Shown here piece by piece: positions 25,745 to 37,989 of a DNA stretch of 64,000 nucleotides. The stretch covers positions 74,338,001 to 74,402,000 of the forward strand of contig OX597814.1 in the NCBI GenBank assembly GCA_951406725.2, in the 5' to 3' direction. The notes below the pieces were generated by a model, which saw nothing but the letters and a program-made list of their open reading frames with translations, was not told where the DNA came from and made no database searches. Source of the stretch: Octopus vulgaris. Its lineage: Eukaryota. The position numbers were made by a program, and so were the translations under genes. How positions within the stretch are numbered: the stretch's first letter is position 1; every line of letters starts with the position of its first letter.

Positions 25745-26172
25745 TCATCATCATCATTATCATTTAACGTCCACTTTCCATGCTAGCATGGGTTGGACGG
25801 TTCAACTGGGGTCTGGGAAGCCCGAAGGCTGCACCAGGCCAGTCAGATCTGGCAGTGTTTCTACAGCTGGATGCCCTTCCTAACGCCAACCACTCCGTGA
25901 GTGTAGTGGGTGCTTTTTATGTGCCACCGACACAGGTGCCAGACGAGGCTGGCGAACGGCCATGCTCGGATGGTGTTTTTTACGTGCCACCGACACAGGT
26001 GCTAGACGAGGCTGGCGAACGGCCACGCTCGGATGGTGTTTTTTATGTGCCATGGACACAGGTGCCAGACGAGGCTGGCGAACGGCCACGCTTGGATGGT
26101 GTTTTTTTACGTGCCACCGGCACGGAGGCCAGGCGAGGCTGGCACGGCCACGATCGGATGGTGTTTGTTACG
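25745..26172 (-). mobile_element. RTE LINE 3' UTR fragment with about four 61-bp repeats
   Basis: Same terminal motif and tandem units as the other RTE tails. Confidence 0.9.
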
Positions 26173-27165
26173 TACTGGGTGGATTAAGTGAATATGTAGT
26201 CATATGAGAGGGTTTGTAACTGATGTAGCTGTTGCACTGAAATGTAAGGCATTTTGAGAGAAACTGCAAAGATAGAGTGAATGATGGCCTAGATTTTAGA
26301 ATCTGCATTCAGATGAAAATATTTGGTTATCTAGAAGACATGTTAAATGGAGATTGTGGGATATAACTCAGTGATGGTGATTAAAATGAGATGAACAAGG
26401 AACAAGTTCTATGAACTGAGTGGTGTACTAATGAGAAGGGGTGTGTCACTGAAATTGGAAGTAAAGGTGTATGTTGTAGATAGGAATAGAACCAGCAAAG
26501 GGTGTTGTGAATAGAAATGGGATAAAATAGCTGAGTCATGAGTGCAAGAAGGATGAAAGTGACTTGGTGAGAGGAATGATGAAAATGAATGTGGAAGACC
26601 AAGAAAAATATAAAGGAATGGAGAAAGAATTGAAAGCAAAGAGCAAAATAAAGACGAAGATTACAATGGGTCTGCAAGCTAAGCCCAGCATGAAAATGAT
26701 CTTAAGACACTTGCACATTTTTGTGTGTGTGTATATCCACATAAACACATGCTCACATATGTCCAACCTATGCAAACATGGAGAAAGAAAACAAAAATGA
26801 TGGTGAAATAGTGTAGTAAACAAGTGAAAAATCAAAAGTCATTAGAAGCGAGGAAATAAATAATCTGAAAACCTAGCCAATTAGAACACATACACAACAA
26901 TGCAAAGAGAGGAAGAGAGGAAAGAAAAAATGCAACAAGGAGACATTAGTAAGAAATTTGATACATAATCACTTAAACAAGAATAAGACTAACAAATCAT
27001 TATTTTTAACTAGCCAGGAAAAAGTCTACTTTTATTATCAAAATTCCTACTTTGAGAGTTTGAAGATCAAACTACTAAATGCATGTGATTATAGCGTGTG
27101 TGTGTGTGTGCGTGTGTTTGTGTAAAGACTTTTTTTTATCAAAATGCAAGAATAAATGGATTTAC

Positions 27166-27333
27166 TTGTCAAAATGATGACTGTATAGTTGGAGAGGAAT
27201 TTTCAGCAGTTCATCATATAAGCACATTACATTTTGCAAATTTTTTTGTTGTTTTTCCCAGTGAATAACTGAATCCCACAAGCGATCAGCACGGAAGTCA
27301 GTACCAGCAGCATTCAGAGCTTTTCTGTATAAT
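27166..27333 (-). CDS. PRPF39: PRPF39 exon (LYRKALNAAGTDFRADRLWDS...IPLQLYSHHFD)
   Basis: ttttcag acceptor, gtaaat donor, 168 nt. AGTDFRxDRLW and QLYSHHF motifs. Confidence 0.97.
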
Positions 27334-28017
27334 CTGAAAACAAAAGCCAAAAAGATTAACTGCAAAGAAATTTATGCACCATTGTTTTGGTTATTATAGT
27401 AAAATGTCTCCCTGCTGTTACTATCCTTTTTCATTACTCCTATCATTATCTCCTTCTCTTCACACTGGCACTTGACATTCTCCTATACCATCTCTTATTT
27501 CCTACTCTGAGTATCTATTGCAGTCAACCTTGTACAAAGGTGAAGCTTTCCTTTCATCTTGCAGGATACAAGACCTCACAAGTGCAGGTGCAATGATAAA
27601 ACATCCCTTGTAAACTCTGTAAAGTGAATGATGAACAGGCAGAGATAAAGTTGAGAGAACCTTATACTCCTGTTTTTTTTTTGTTTTGTTTTTTTTTTAA
27701 ACATGGCAACTTCTAGTGTTGGTGCCACAATAAAATGCACTCTGTATACTATTACATGACTAGTGTTAGGAAGGGTATCCAACCATACAAATTATGCCAA
27801 AGTAAAACATGAGTGAAGTATGGTCTCCAACTTGCAACTTGTTCAACCCATGCCAGTGTGGAAAGTAGATGCAAAATGATATACAGTTAAAATATTTTAG
27901 AGAATATATATCCCATTAAAAGTATTGAAGAAAAAGCAATTTTACTGAGAATTAAAAATATCAATGTTTGAAAAATCACACTGCAAAGTCATCAAACTTA
28001 AGATTAACACTACTTAC

Positions 28018-28127
28018 TCCTGAATTCTCTCAACATTTTCACACTCTCTTGATTCAGTAACAGAAGAGATGTAATGAAGCCAAAGTTCTACACTTAGAGG
28101 AATAGCCTTTACACCACGCTCAAAGAC
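28018..28127 (-). CDS. PRPF39: PRPF39 exon (VFERGVKAIPLSVELWLHYI...)
   Basis: tttttctccag acceptor, gtaagt donor, 110 nt, phase 0 to 2. AIPLSVxLW HAT motif. Confidence 0.97.
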
Positions 28128-28460
28128 CTGGAGAAAAATATGTAACAGTTACAAACCAAGATAAATCAAGCCCTGCAAACAGGACCGAATAGAGTAAAGT
28201 AGTTGTAAAATGTTGAAAAGTAAATGGGGTAAAGTCGAGCAAGCCGAACAATTGGAAGTACAACCACGTGATTACCGTCGTCAACGAAGCTCTCCTGGCG
28301 ACTGGCACAGTCAAACAGGGACAGTTGACGTTCATCTGTTGTTGACCCTGTAGTATTAGGGATTTTCTTGCTGCAAATCCATAGCCCTCCCTAGCAGTGG
28401 ACAAGTTCAAAATTGTGAAATCTCACAAAAAATCTAAATCACGATTTCAGAGACCCTCAC

Positions 28461-28491
28461 ATCTGCCAGGTCTCCAGTAGATTCATTATGT
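28461..28491 (-). other. Candidate 31-nt poison cassette exon of PRPF39
   Basis: tttttctttgcag|ACA TAA TGA ... GCAGAT|gtgagg. Good splice sites and two immediate in-frame stops after the phase-0 upstream exon. Confidence 0.55.
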
Positions 28492-30982
28492 CTGCAAAGA
28501 AAAATATTACATAATAACACAGTGAGAGCTTGATTCTAAACTAGGCACCTGGCATGAAGCAGGAAATAATCAAAGATCTGTGTGTGTGTGTATTCATGTA
28601 TTATAAATTGGGCATTCTCTAAAAAGTATTGAAGTTATGAAGTGGGTGGCAAATATCAAGTTACTTGAAACTGAGTGTGTGTAAACATGTAAAACAGCAT
28701 GTGAAAATATGTTTAAGTTATTAAGTTTAGAATAGAATGCATCAGTTCTGAGGAACTAGATAATAATACTTTTAGAAACATTGTATGCTAAAAAACGTAA
28801 AACCATTTTAAAACCAAAAGATGTTAGACTTTGAACTTTACTCTATCGATGTCAGCATTTCTAAAAACCTTAACATCTTTTTCTACTATGTTGATATATT
28901 TAGGCAGTAAAATAATAACTCAGAGCATTGGACAAAATGCCAGTGGCATTTCAAGTACAATCCTTTATGTTCTAAGTTCAAATCCCACTGAGGTCAACTT
29001 TGCTTTTTGTACTTCTGAGGTCATTAAAAAAAAATACCAACCAGTCCAGTACTAGAGCTGATTTAATATTCATATAAATGCATTCTAAATATCAATGGAA
29101 TTGTACTAGAGTTTCTATTTTAGTATTATAATCTTGCATATTATTCTAAATGGTAAAAACTTTTCTTTATTCCTATGCACCTTTTCATATATTTGGAGTG
29201 TTTAGACATGATGTGAGTTCTTGGGTGCCTTTAGCAAAGTTTACTGGATTGCAAGCATTCAAACCAGACCACCACCAGTTCACTCTCTATCCAGATTTTT
29301 CCTGCAGACATTGATCTACATGTTAGACATGGCATCAGATGTACTGATCTCAGGAGCCTGAGACTCTGCTCTCCTTTATCCTCAAACTTTTAAATATGCA
29401 TATATAAATACATTAAGTATTTCATTATACAATTATTTCTGTGTAAATTTGAAAAGAAAAAAGTCAGTAGTGATTATGCAAAATAATTCATATAACCTAC
29501 ATGATTACAACTTACTAAAATAGTATTCAGAATTATGTTTCAAGTATAAAGAGTTATTGTTGGATCTTAAAATACAAGATTATTACCTTTGACAGAGCAA
29601 TTAAAAGAATCTAAAGACCACAGACAAGTACAAATGAACAAACATGTAAGCACTATCATTTGTCATAACTAACATTTTCTGAAGAAACCTGGAAAAACAC
29701 CCTTTAAGTAACAGACTTATATCACATTCAGATGAAATCAGAAGATTTATTACATAGCTGAAAATGAGAACTTGCACTAAAGGATTTGGAAGAGGAGTAA
29801 ATATTTTCTATTGTAAATAATGTTTCAAGTTGTTTGAGGATTTTTATGTCTCTGACGTATATTTTCATGAGTCAAATTTTCTAAAAATCAAAGTTCAAGA
29901 TAGTCTAAATCAGAGATAAATGGAGAAAGAGTTTGATATTGTTAACTAGAAATTTATGTTGTCTTCAATCTTGTAAATAATAATATACAAGAGAAATTAC
30001 TTATGAATAAAAAAATATTTAATTATTATCAGAATTATGACTACCCTCTCTCATTAAAAAATTAAATAAACCAACAAAAAAGCTGTTATGCGATTGACCA
30101 ACCTGCTAATACTACCAACCAAATTTCCATCAAACTGCACCTTGCTGTTTTAAAAAATGGAAAACACATTGGACAACATAGTCCTCGATGGTGCATTGTC
30201 TGAAAATCACAAGATGAGATATACACAGCTGGAAGGTTTTTAGAGTTGACACTGAGCTAAAGAATAATAGATTTCGTTTACCAAGGGCATCCAACTACAT
30301 GACTTGCTTCAACAATTTAAAGTTTCAAAACAATACATTAATGGTTATTTTATAGACATCTTCAATAAATTATAGCTAGATTAGGTATCAAAGTTTGTTT
30401 ACTTATCCAGCATATTTAATATTCATTTCATTCAACAGGAAACCTTTTTACAACAAAGCCAAATTACTATTTTCTTTTGTACATGCACAGTATGTTTTCT
30501 TTGAACGAGTCAAAGAGGTGGTTTAGTCAATTATATTAAAAGAGCCTTTATGCAGCTACTCAACTGCCTAGAAATAGCTGTTAAGCTTCCCTTGGAGATA
30601 CATATATCAGGAAAAAAATGCTCAGGGGATATAAAAACTACCAATAAATCTTTTGTCATGTCTGGAGAGATGAAAGACAGGAGGAGAAAATTGAAGAATT
30701 TCAACTCAAATCTACAAGGTACTGAACTATATACAACAAAGCATATAATTTGCCTCCCTACTGCTAATAAATAACAGAATGTGTAAATACACAACATTAG
30801 TACTCAGGCTTTTCAGTCCCTTCTAGGCCAGGATATAAAAAAGATTTAGGTATGCTGATTATTTTTGCTGATTAAACCTTCACTACAAAATACTGAAATA
30901 GTTCAAATATGACTGTACATATAACTATGGTTATTAATACTGTTCGCTCACTTGAGGTTCAAGTTGTAGTTCATTTGATTAA

Positions 30983-32042
30983 CCCTTTCGTTACCAAACC
31001 GCCCGAAAAAAATTTTGTTTAATGTGACCAAACCGCCCAAATTTACCTATTCATATTTAAATGAGAATATCAGAGCAAATCTCTTAAGTACATTCGTGAA
31101 AATACGTATTATAAAGAGTTCAACTACAGTTTTGTACAAAAATCGAAGTGTAATTTTAATTCCGTGAATTTTGGGAGATTTTTTCCCGAAATTTGTTCCT
31201 ATTGTGTTTTCAAAATTTGTAATTCTGACAAAAAATGGATACGAATTTCATTATATCAAGCAGCGAGTCAGAATTCGAAGGATTTTCTACTGAAGACCTT
31301 CATAAATCTAACTCTATGACTGAAAAAAAAAAGCATGTGGTATTTGATAATGAACCTGATGTTTCATTTTCCAAAAGTGAAAACAGTGAATCCGAGAGCT
31401 CCGACAGCGATAAAGAAAATGAATTGGCACCTGAATGGAGTGAAAATTTTAAAACTGTTTCTTTCAGTGATTTTTCTTAAGAAACTGGACCAAGCCACAG
31501 ACTTTCCCAGAAGAGTAAAGCCTTAGACTATTTCTTTTCACTTTTTCGAATGAGCCTATTTGAAATCATTACGGCAGAAACAAACCGTTACGCTAAATGT
31601 AAACAAAAACGAAAGAAAGGATACTTCGTGGTTTCCCATAACCTTAAATGAAATTAAGACTATTTTGCCATAAATATTATTATGGGTATCAGAAAGTTAC
31701 CCAGAATAACAAATTCTATCGTAAAATTTTCTTGTATACCCAATTGAATATTAGCTAATAACCCATTTTCTATAGCGATGTTTGAACAAAATTTTAATAA
31801 TTTTATATTTTGTTGAATTTACCTGTATCTACCTGCAATTAGAGTCACTTTATGACAAAAATTATAGTATAGAATTGGTTGAGAACATTTCATTAAATTA
31901 TCTTCCAAAATTCACGTTAATATATTGATAAATAAAAAAGTTATAGTTGTTTAATGAAACCAGACTAAATTTATGATTATGTTAGAAATTAATTGAAACA
32001 CATAAGGGGTGTATTTTGGTCAGAAATATAGTAACGAAAGGG
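30983..32042 (+). mobile_element. Internally deleted piggyBac transposon
   Basis: TTAA-CCCTTTCGTTAC ... GTAACGAAAGGG-TTAA: perfect 12-bp TIR plus TTAA TSD. Acidic N-terminus (SSSESEFEGFS), then a broken FEIITAETNRYA...IIMGIRKLP transposase remnant. Confidence 0.92.
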
Positions 32043-33168
32043 TTAAGATATTCAATCAAAATTCCAATGAAATTAAATATATTTGCATAGTGCAGTATAT
32101 AGAGCATGACAAATTCAGAACACAAAGTACATATAGAGGACAAACAAGAAAGGAAATATGTTCATATGTTAATTTAATATATCCTTTCATGGGTTTCATT
32201 CATTCATGAATCATAAAATTTATACAATAATCAGTTGATTTGATGATGTAATCAGACTAATAGATTTATTCATTTATGAAACTTGTGTAAGGATATATTG
32301 AACAAACATATCTCCACTCTTGTTTTCCTAAATACACTGTACTATGAATATATATTTGTTGAAGATTAATTTAGGATTCAACACAGACACATTAAAGTTA
32401 AGTGAATGCTAACACCCATGCTAATAAAACTATAAAAAATATTTGTGAGATAGTATATTAGTCAATGTCACATTAGATGGGATATAATTGGACCAATACG
32501 TTGTATTTAATTAACTTGGATAACATGAAAATGAAAGAGCCAAATTGATTTAGTATCCTCAGCCGCTGGTCTTTTTAGCAGGCATTTGGAAACTGCAGAG
32601 CATTTCACTACATACCAAAACCTATACAGCTACGTGGTACAGAATCATTGACACTATTCCAGAGTAATTTCAGATGGGATGCCTTGATTGAATGCTCCAA
32701 GTATTGTGGATTGATCACATTTGACAAACTTATTTGCCAGATGATCGTTCAGAAATAGAGGTTGTGTCATGTAAACTGAATAGCTAACGAGTGCTATCAA
32801 ACTACTTACATATTTTTGACAAACAACAATGGAAAGTACACAAAATAGGGCTGAAAAGGATCCAAAAATATCCATAAGAGAGGCAAGAGAGACATTAATG
32901 AATGTATCCTAGTTTCAGAATAGGTACAAGGCATGTTGTAAGCAGCAACTAAAAGAGCATCCAGTCAAGGCTATACCAAAAAAACCAGCTGACTCATACC
33001 AGTATGGAAAAGTAGATGTAAAATGCTGACAAACATTTGACAGAAAAACTAGCAGACATAGAAGGAAACTGCCCATGTATTACCTAAGGAGAGTGGGTAA
33101 GAAAGGGAATGAAAGAGAATGGCTTAACTTTGCTTAAAGGAATTATGATGATACAGTACTATCTAGAG

Positions 33169-33349
33169 TAGCGGTTCTCAACTGGAGGTCCATATAAGAT
33201 TTTGTTAAAATTTATGTGCAATAATTTGGTTTACTTCTACAATACACAAAATATTTTAATTTTTTTATATACAGCGAATGGTTATGGATGTCCAGTAGAG
33301 AAAATAAGAATCAGAGGGGTTCATAGGCAAAAACAATTGAGACCCACAG
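33169..33349. mobile_element. Short degraded hAT-like MITE
   Basis: Imperfect inverted ends agcggttctcaa ... ttgagacccac. Confidence 0.4.
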
Positions 33350-36300
33350 TATTTAATTCCTAGTTGTATGGAATACTATGCTATATACTCTCACAAGATT
33401 TTGGTGCCAGAATTTACACAACTGCAACTCTACTTTTCCAGTTATTTCATCAAGCATGCATCATCTCCCTTGAAATATTTGTTTACTTTCAACTTTAGAA
33501 TGGCAAACCTTGGAAGAAGATAGTTTCATTTACAATATATATTACAATATATATTTGGTGTGAATTAATCTAGGATTGAAAATGTCAAGAGTGAAATTAG
33601 AAATATAAAAATGTTATTCAAATATTTAGTCATGAGTGGTATGTGCTAATTAAAACTTTTTTTTGGTATTTGGAAACTGCAGAACATTTCACTATGTATC
33701 AAAATTTACATTTAATATCTATACAACTACATGGTACAGAATCATGGACATTATTTTATTTTTGTCACTATAATTTAAAGTCAATAGTCTCTTAAGTCTT
33801 CCATTAAACAAATCATAAATTTAAATGTAATATTTCCATGTTTCTAATCACAAAGAGCAATTCTAGTGGAAACCTGCTCATTAACCTCAGGTTGAGAAAT
33901 TGAAACCAAATGTAAACAGATTTTTGATTAAGTTAAGTGTAAATTTAGATTAGTCAATATTTTTTTTAAATGTGAAGAAAGAAACTAAAAAGAAAGATAA
34001 CCCACCTATCAACAAAAATAGCTATAATAAAGATCTCTATACTTTGAATAGTCAAAAATTTAACCTATTAAGATAAAATAATACAATCAATTATGAAGAT
34101 CAGATTTCAGAAAAAGCTAGAAGAAATATCCCAAGATCAAATAGTATTCATTTACATTAGTGAATTTAATAAGATATATAGTGCCTGTCGATAAAATCAC
34201 CAAGATCAACACTTCCACTCAGAATTTAGAAAAAAAGAAAATCCCAATCCAGTGTAACTCGTTTGAACATTAATATTGCTAACAGTGAAAGATTACAAAA
34301 AGGATAATAATGAAACACAACAAATGAATAAATACTGGATTGAGACAATTTCATAATTGCAGGTAATAATACCTTTTGAAAATTTTTACTAATTAACAAT
34401 TGAAAAGAGATCATTACAAAAGCTACTGAATAAAACAAACTTTACTAAGAATAGAAAAACATTCTACCAACTTTTGATCTACTGAATGACAATGTTTTCT
34501 GATAAATTTTTCACTATCATTATCCCTTTCAACACCAACTCACCAGATTAACACCTTAGCATTTAAACCAGCCTTATCTGACCCTAATATTCTACCTATT
34601 TCATGTTTAAGTCAGCCAGATCAAGCTCTCAAACTTAACCTACAATGTCATTCTGCTGCATCTTTAAAATCTCAAAGCTACAAGATAAGACATGATTAAT
34701 TCAAAACAATGTAAATAAGCATAATTTGAGTGCTCTTTATAAGCAGCTGAGCTGAGCTACTAATTGTAGTAGGAGACTGGGTGCATCTTCTTTGAGAATG
34801 CGGCCATCAAACCACAAAATGGTCCATCAGTAACTTAGAGCTTAATTTTTATCTGACCCATTGAGAGGCTCTGTAATATTTAAATGTAAGTTTTTGTCTT
34901 TTATTAATTAGAAAGTTTATTTTGCAAACCTTCACATTATTGATTATTTTAAAAGGTAGAAAGTATTCTTGCTTGAAATTAGATCACAAAAGGGTTAATG
35001 GTTAAAGCATACACTAAATAATGGTGAGCCACAGCTAGACAGCTAATAGAATGTAGAAATTCAGTTTAATTTGACAAACTAGATATCTGATCAGGGATAT
35101 TCAACAACTAGAAAGTTTGTAAAAATGATAACCAAAGAAAAGTTATGTACAGAAAAGTTATGTCCACTTGGAGTGGTTGCAGCATATTAGTGTTTTAAAA
35201 ACTCCAGCCATCTTACTAAAATTTTCGTATATTTACATATCTATAAAGTTGTTGGTGTTAGGAAAGGCATCCAGCAGTAGAAAACAAGCCAAAAATGAAA
35301 TTTATGAACAAGATGTGTGCTTCTAACCTATCTGTATCAGAAACTCTGAATAAAAAACTAAATTGGATCATGACAATCCATCCAACCCATGTTAACAAGG
35401 AAAGCAGATGTATGAATATCACAGGATTACTAATTCTCTGCTATGACATTATTTATCAACCCACTTTTACCCGGTTTCTTTGAAACTAATGTTTAAAACA
35501 TACTTACAGAATAATTTTAGGCATAGCCATGTGGCTACAAAATTTGCTTTAAAACCACAGTTTTGTGTGCAATCAATGTGCAACACACTTGAGCAAGTAA
35601 CTTCTAGTCTAGCTTCAGGTTGACCGATGTCTTTTGAGTGGTATTTAATTGGCAGAAACTATGTAAAAGTACAGGTGTGTGTGTGTGTGTGTACTATCTG
35701 ATTAAAAAAGATTAATAAAATAAATATTGGGGGGAATGAGTGACTAAAATACTCATGAAGTTGTCCACATTAGTGACTAACCAGGAAAAGGGGAATTTGC
35801 TTTTTAAATTTCAAAGAGAAACCTCTGAAATAGTGGAACCATTTTAACTAAAACTTACATGGTAAATAAACAATTACTGCATAAATTCTATTTTTTTAAA
35901 ATTCCATTCCCAAGATAAAAATGGTTATGATATTACTAATGCAAAACCCTATAATGTATATTTTACAAGGGTAGCATTTGATATATACAGAAGCAATTAG
36001 TGCAATGTCCTAAAAGTTAAAACTCTGCAACAGAGTTTGACTATTTATAAAGTATACAATCTTGGTTGCAACTGTTAGGCATCAAAACAAAAAAAGCAAC
36101 CACTCAAGGCTAGTATATAAGAATGAAAAATAGAAGACTTGAATATTACATTTTTCTGTACTAAAACAGAATTATTAGAGCAACAGGATAAAGGTTAGAA
36201 CTATAAAATAAGAGGTTACTTATGCATCACCTAATTTGTAAAACTACTTAACTCTTTGAAATTGAAGGCCACTGATGTTTCTACACTGCAGATGGTAAGA

Positions 36301-36728
36301 ATTATTTTTATAAGATATAAATAAAAAAAAAGTTGTGTTATTTTTGTAAAATTATAACAAAAATTGATCTCGTTACACAAGGTAAATCTGAGGTGAAACC
36401 AGCCTTTGTTTTAGCACCCAAAAAAAAGGGGACATACCCAGTTGTTTAACGGGTTAGATATGAAGGAAAATCTATCCTCATATCATCAGTTAAATACTAT
36501 ATAAATACACTTATTTGAAATGAAGTTGTGTATATAAACACTTCAGTGGGTTAATCAATGTAAATATTGTCTAAAGACTAGTTTCTAAATAAAATAAATA
36601 TTCAAACTTAGTAATTAGAAAGCATTTTTAAAAACTAATTTTGTTATGCAATTATTTTTCAGAATTTACACATAATAGAGGACTGTTGAAATTAATTTCT
36701 CCAAATTTAAGAAAAAATTAGAACTTAC

Positions 36729-36854
36729 AGTAATTGCTTTATCCACCTCATCATTTTTCTTTAGGATATCAGCAAACTTTTTCCAGTAACCATAACAATA
36801 TGGATAATGATCAAAGAAAGCATCAAATGCTTCTTGCGCATCTTCAACATTATT
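36729..36854 (-). CDS. PRPF39: PRPF39 exon (NNVEDAQEAFDAFFDHYPYCYGYWKKFADI...), the most 5' exon found
   Basis: tcacag acceptor, gtaagt donor, 126 nt. YPYCYGYWKK signature. Confidence 0.97.
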
Positions 36855-37384
36855 CTGTGATAAAAGAACAAAGTTATTTTAGTTTCAATAGTTAATGAAA
36901 TATAAAAATTTTCAATCAAATATATTTAAGATTTAAATGGACAATACATGGAACCTGTATTGCTTTGTTGACACTAAAGAAAAAGTCTAAAGCACACTTA
37001 TAATAATGGATAATGTTGCAACTGGTTATTGTTAGTAGAAAGGATAGATCCTAAAATGAACACTAACTGTTTTCCATTGTAGCTGAAAACATTTTCAACG
37101 AGATAAAATTTAGATTAGTCAATTTATCACCCAGGTTTGCTAATTCTGTTTGTAAAAATGAATTTTTAAAAAATTGATTTGAAAAGTAATTCCTTATTGG
37201 GAAAACCTAGCTTGAAAAATGAATTATTACTAGAGTAAATTTCTATTTTTAAAACAATAGAGAGTAATCGTAAATGGCAGAAAGTCTAGTGTTAGGCCTA
37301 ACTGCTTCATAGTATGGTGTTATGACCATGTATTCTAAATTCATCCCTCAGATTCAAAAAGATTAATATAAATTTCTGATCTGG

Positions 37385-37745
37385 CACTGGCATGGCTGTG
37401 ATAAGAAGCTTACTTCCTTCCCAACCATGATTCAGGGTTCAGCTGAATTGCGTGGCATCATGGCAAGTGTGTTCTGCAATAGTCTCAGGCCAACCAAAGC
37501 CTTGTGAGTGGATTTGGTAGATAGAAACTGAAAGAAACCCATCATATGTGTGTGTGCACCCCACTACTGTTTGAGAACTGGTGTTGGGTGTTTACATCCC
37601 CATAACTTAGCAGTTTGTAAGAGACCAATAAAATTGGTACTAGACTTAAAAAAATAAGATCTGAAGTTGATTTGTTCTACTAAAACACTTCAAGGTGGTG
37701 TCACATCATGGCGACAGGCAAATGATTGAAACAAGTAAAAGATAG
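37385..37745 (+). mobile_element. tRNA-derived SINE of the octopus type; fragments also at about 2120-2215, 5803-5890 and 11370-11495 (minus) and 35520-35690 (plus)
   Basis: The core ccaaagccttgtgagtggatttggtagaNNgaaactgaaagaa recurs across the window. Internal (TG)n and gaaacaagtaaaagat tail. Confidence 0.75.
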
Positions 37746-37989
37746 AAGATCTTTGCCCCTTTAGTTTAATATTATATTATTATTTGATATCGTACTACAT
37801 ACATTCGCCGCTAACGCTTAAATGTTTGAATCTATTCACTAACTGCTTGTTTTTTCTTTCATGAGCTAACAGTTGATATTGTTCCTCACAAAATATAATC
37901 TTTTAATTTTTTAGCCCCCCATGTATGAAGTTAATTTGTTCGTTACTCTATGTTACTTTCTTCAAACCCCGATTGCTTAATTCTTCTCA

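Larger units (their letters stand above)
23790..26700 (+). mobile_element. Very degraded RTE-like LINE hosting nested insertions
   Basis: Remnants at about 23800-24140, 25210-25740 and 26180-26700 follow RTE ORF order. They are interrupted by a DNA element and two RTE tails. Confidence 0.5.
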
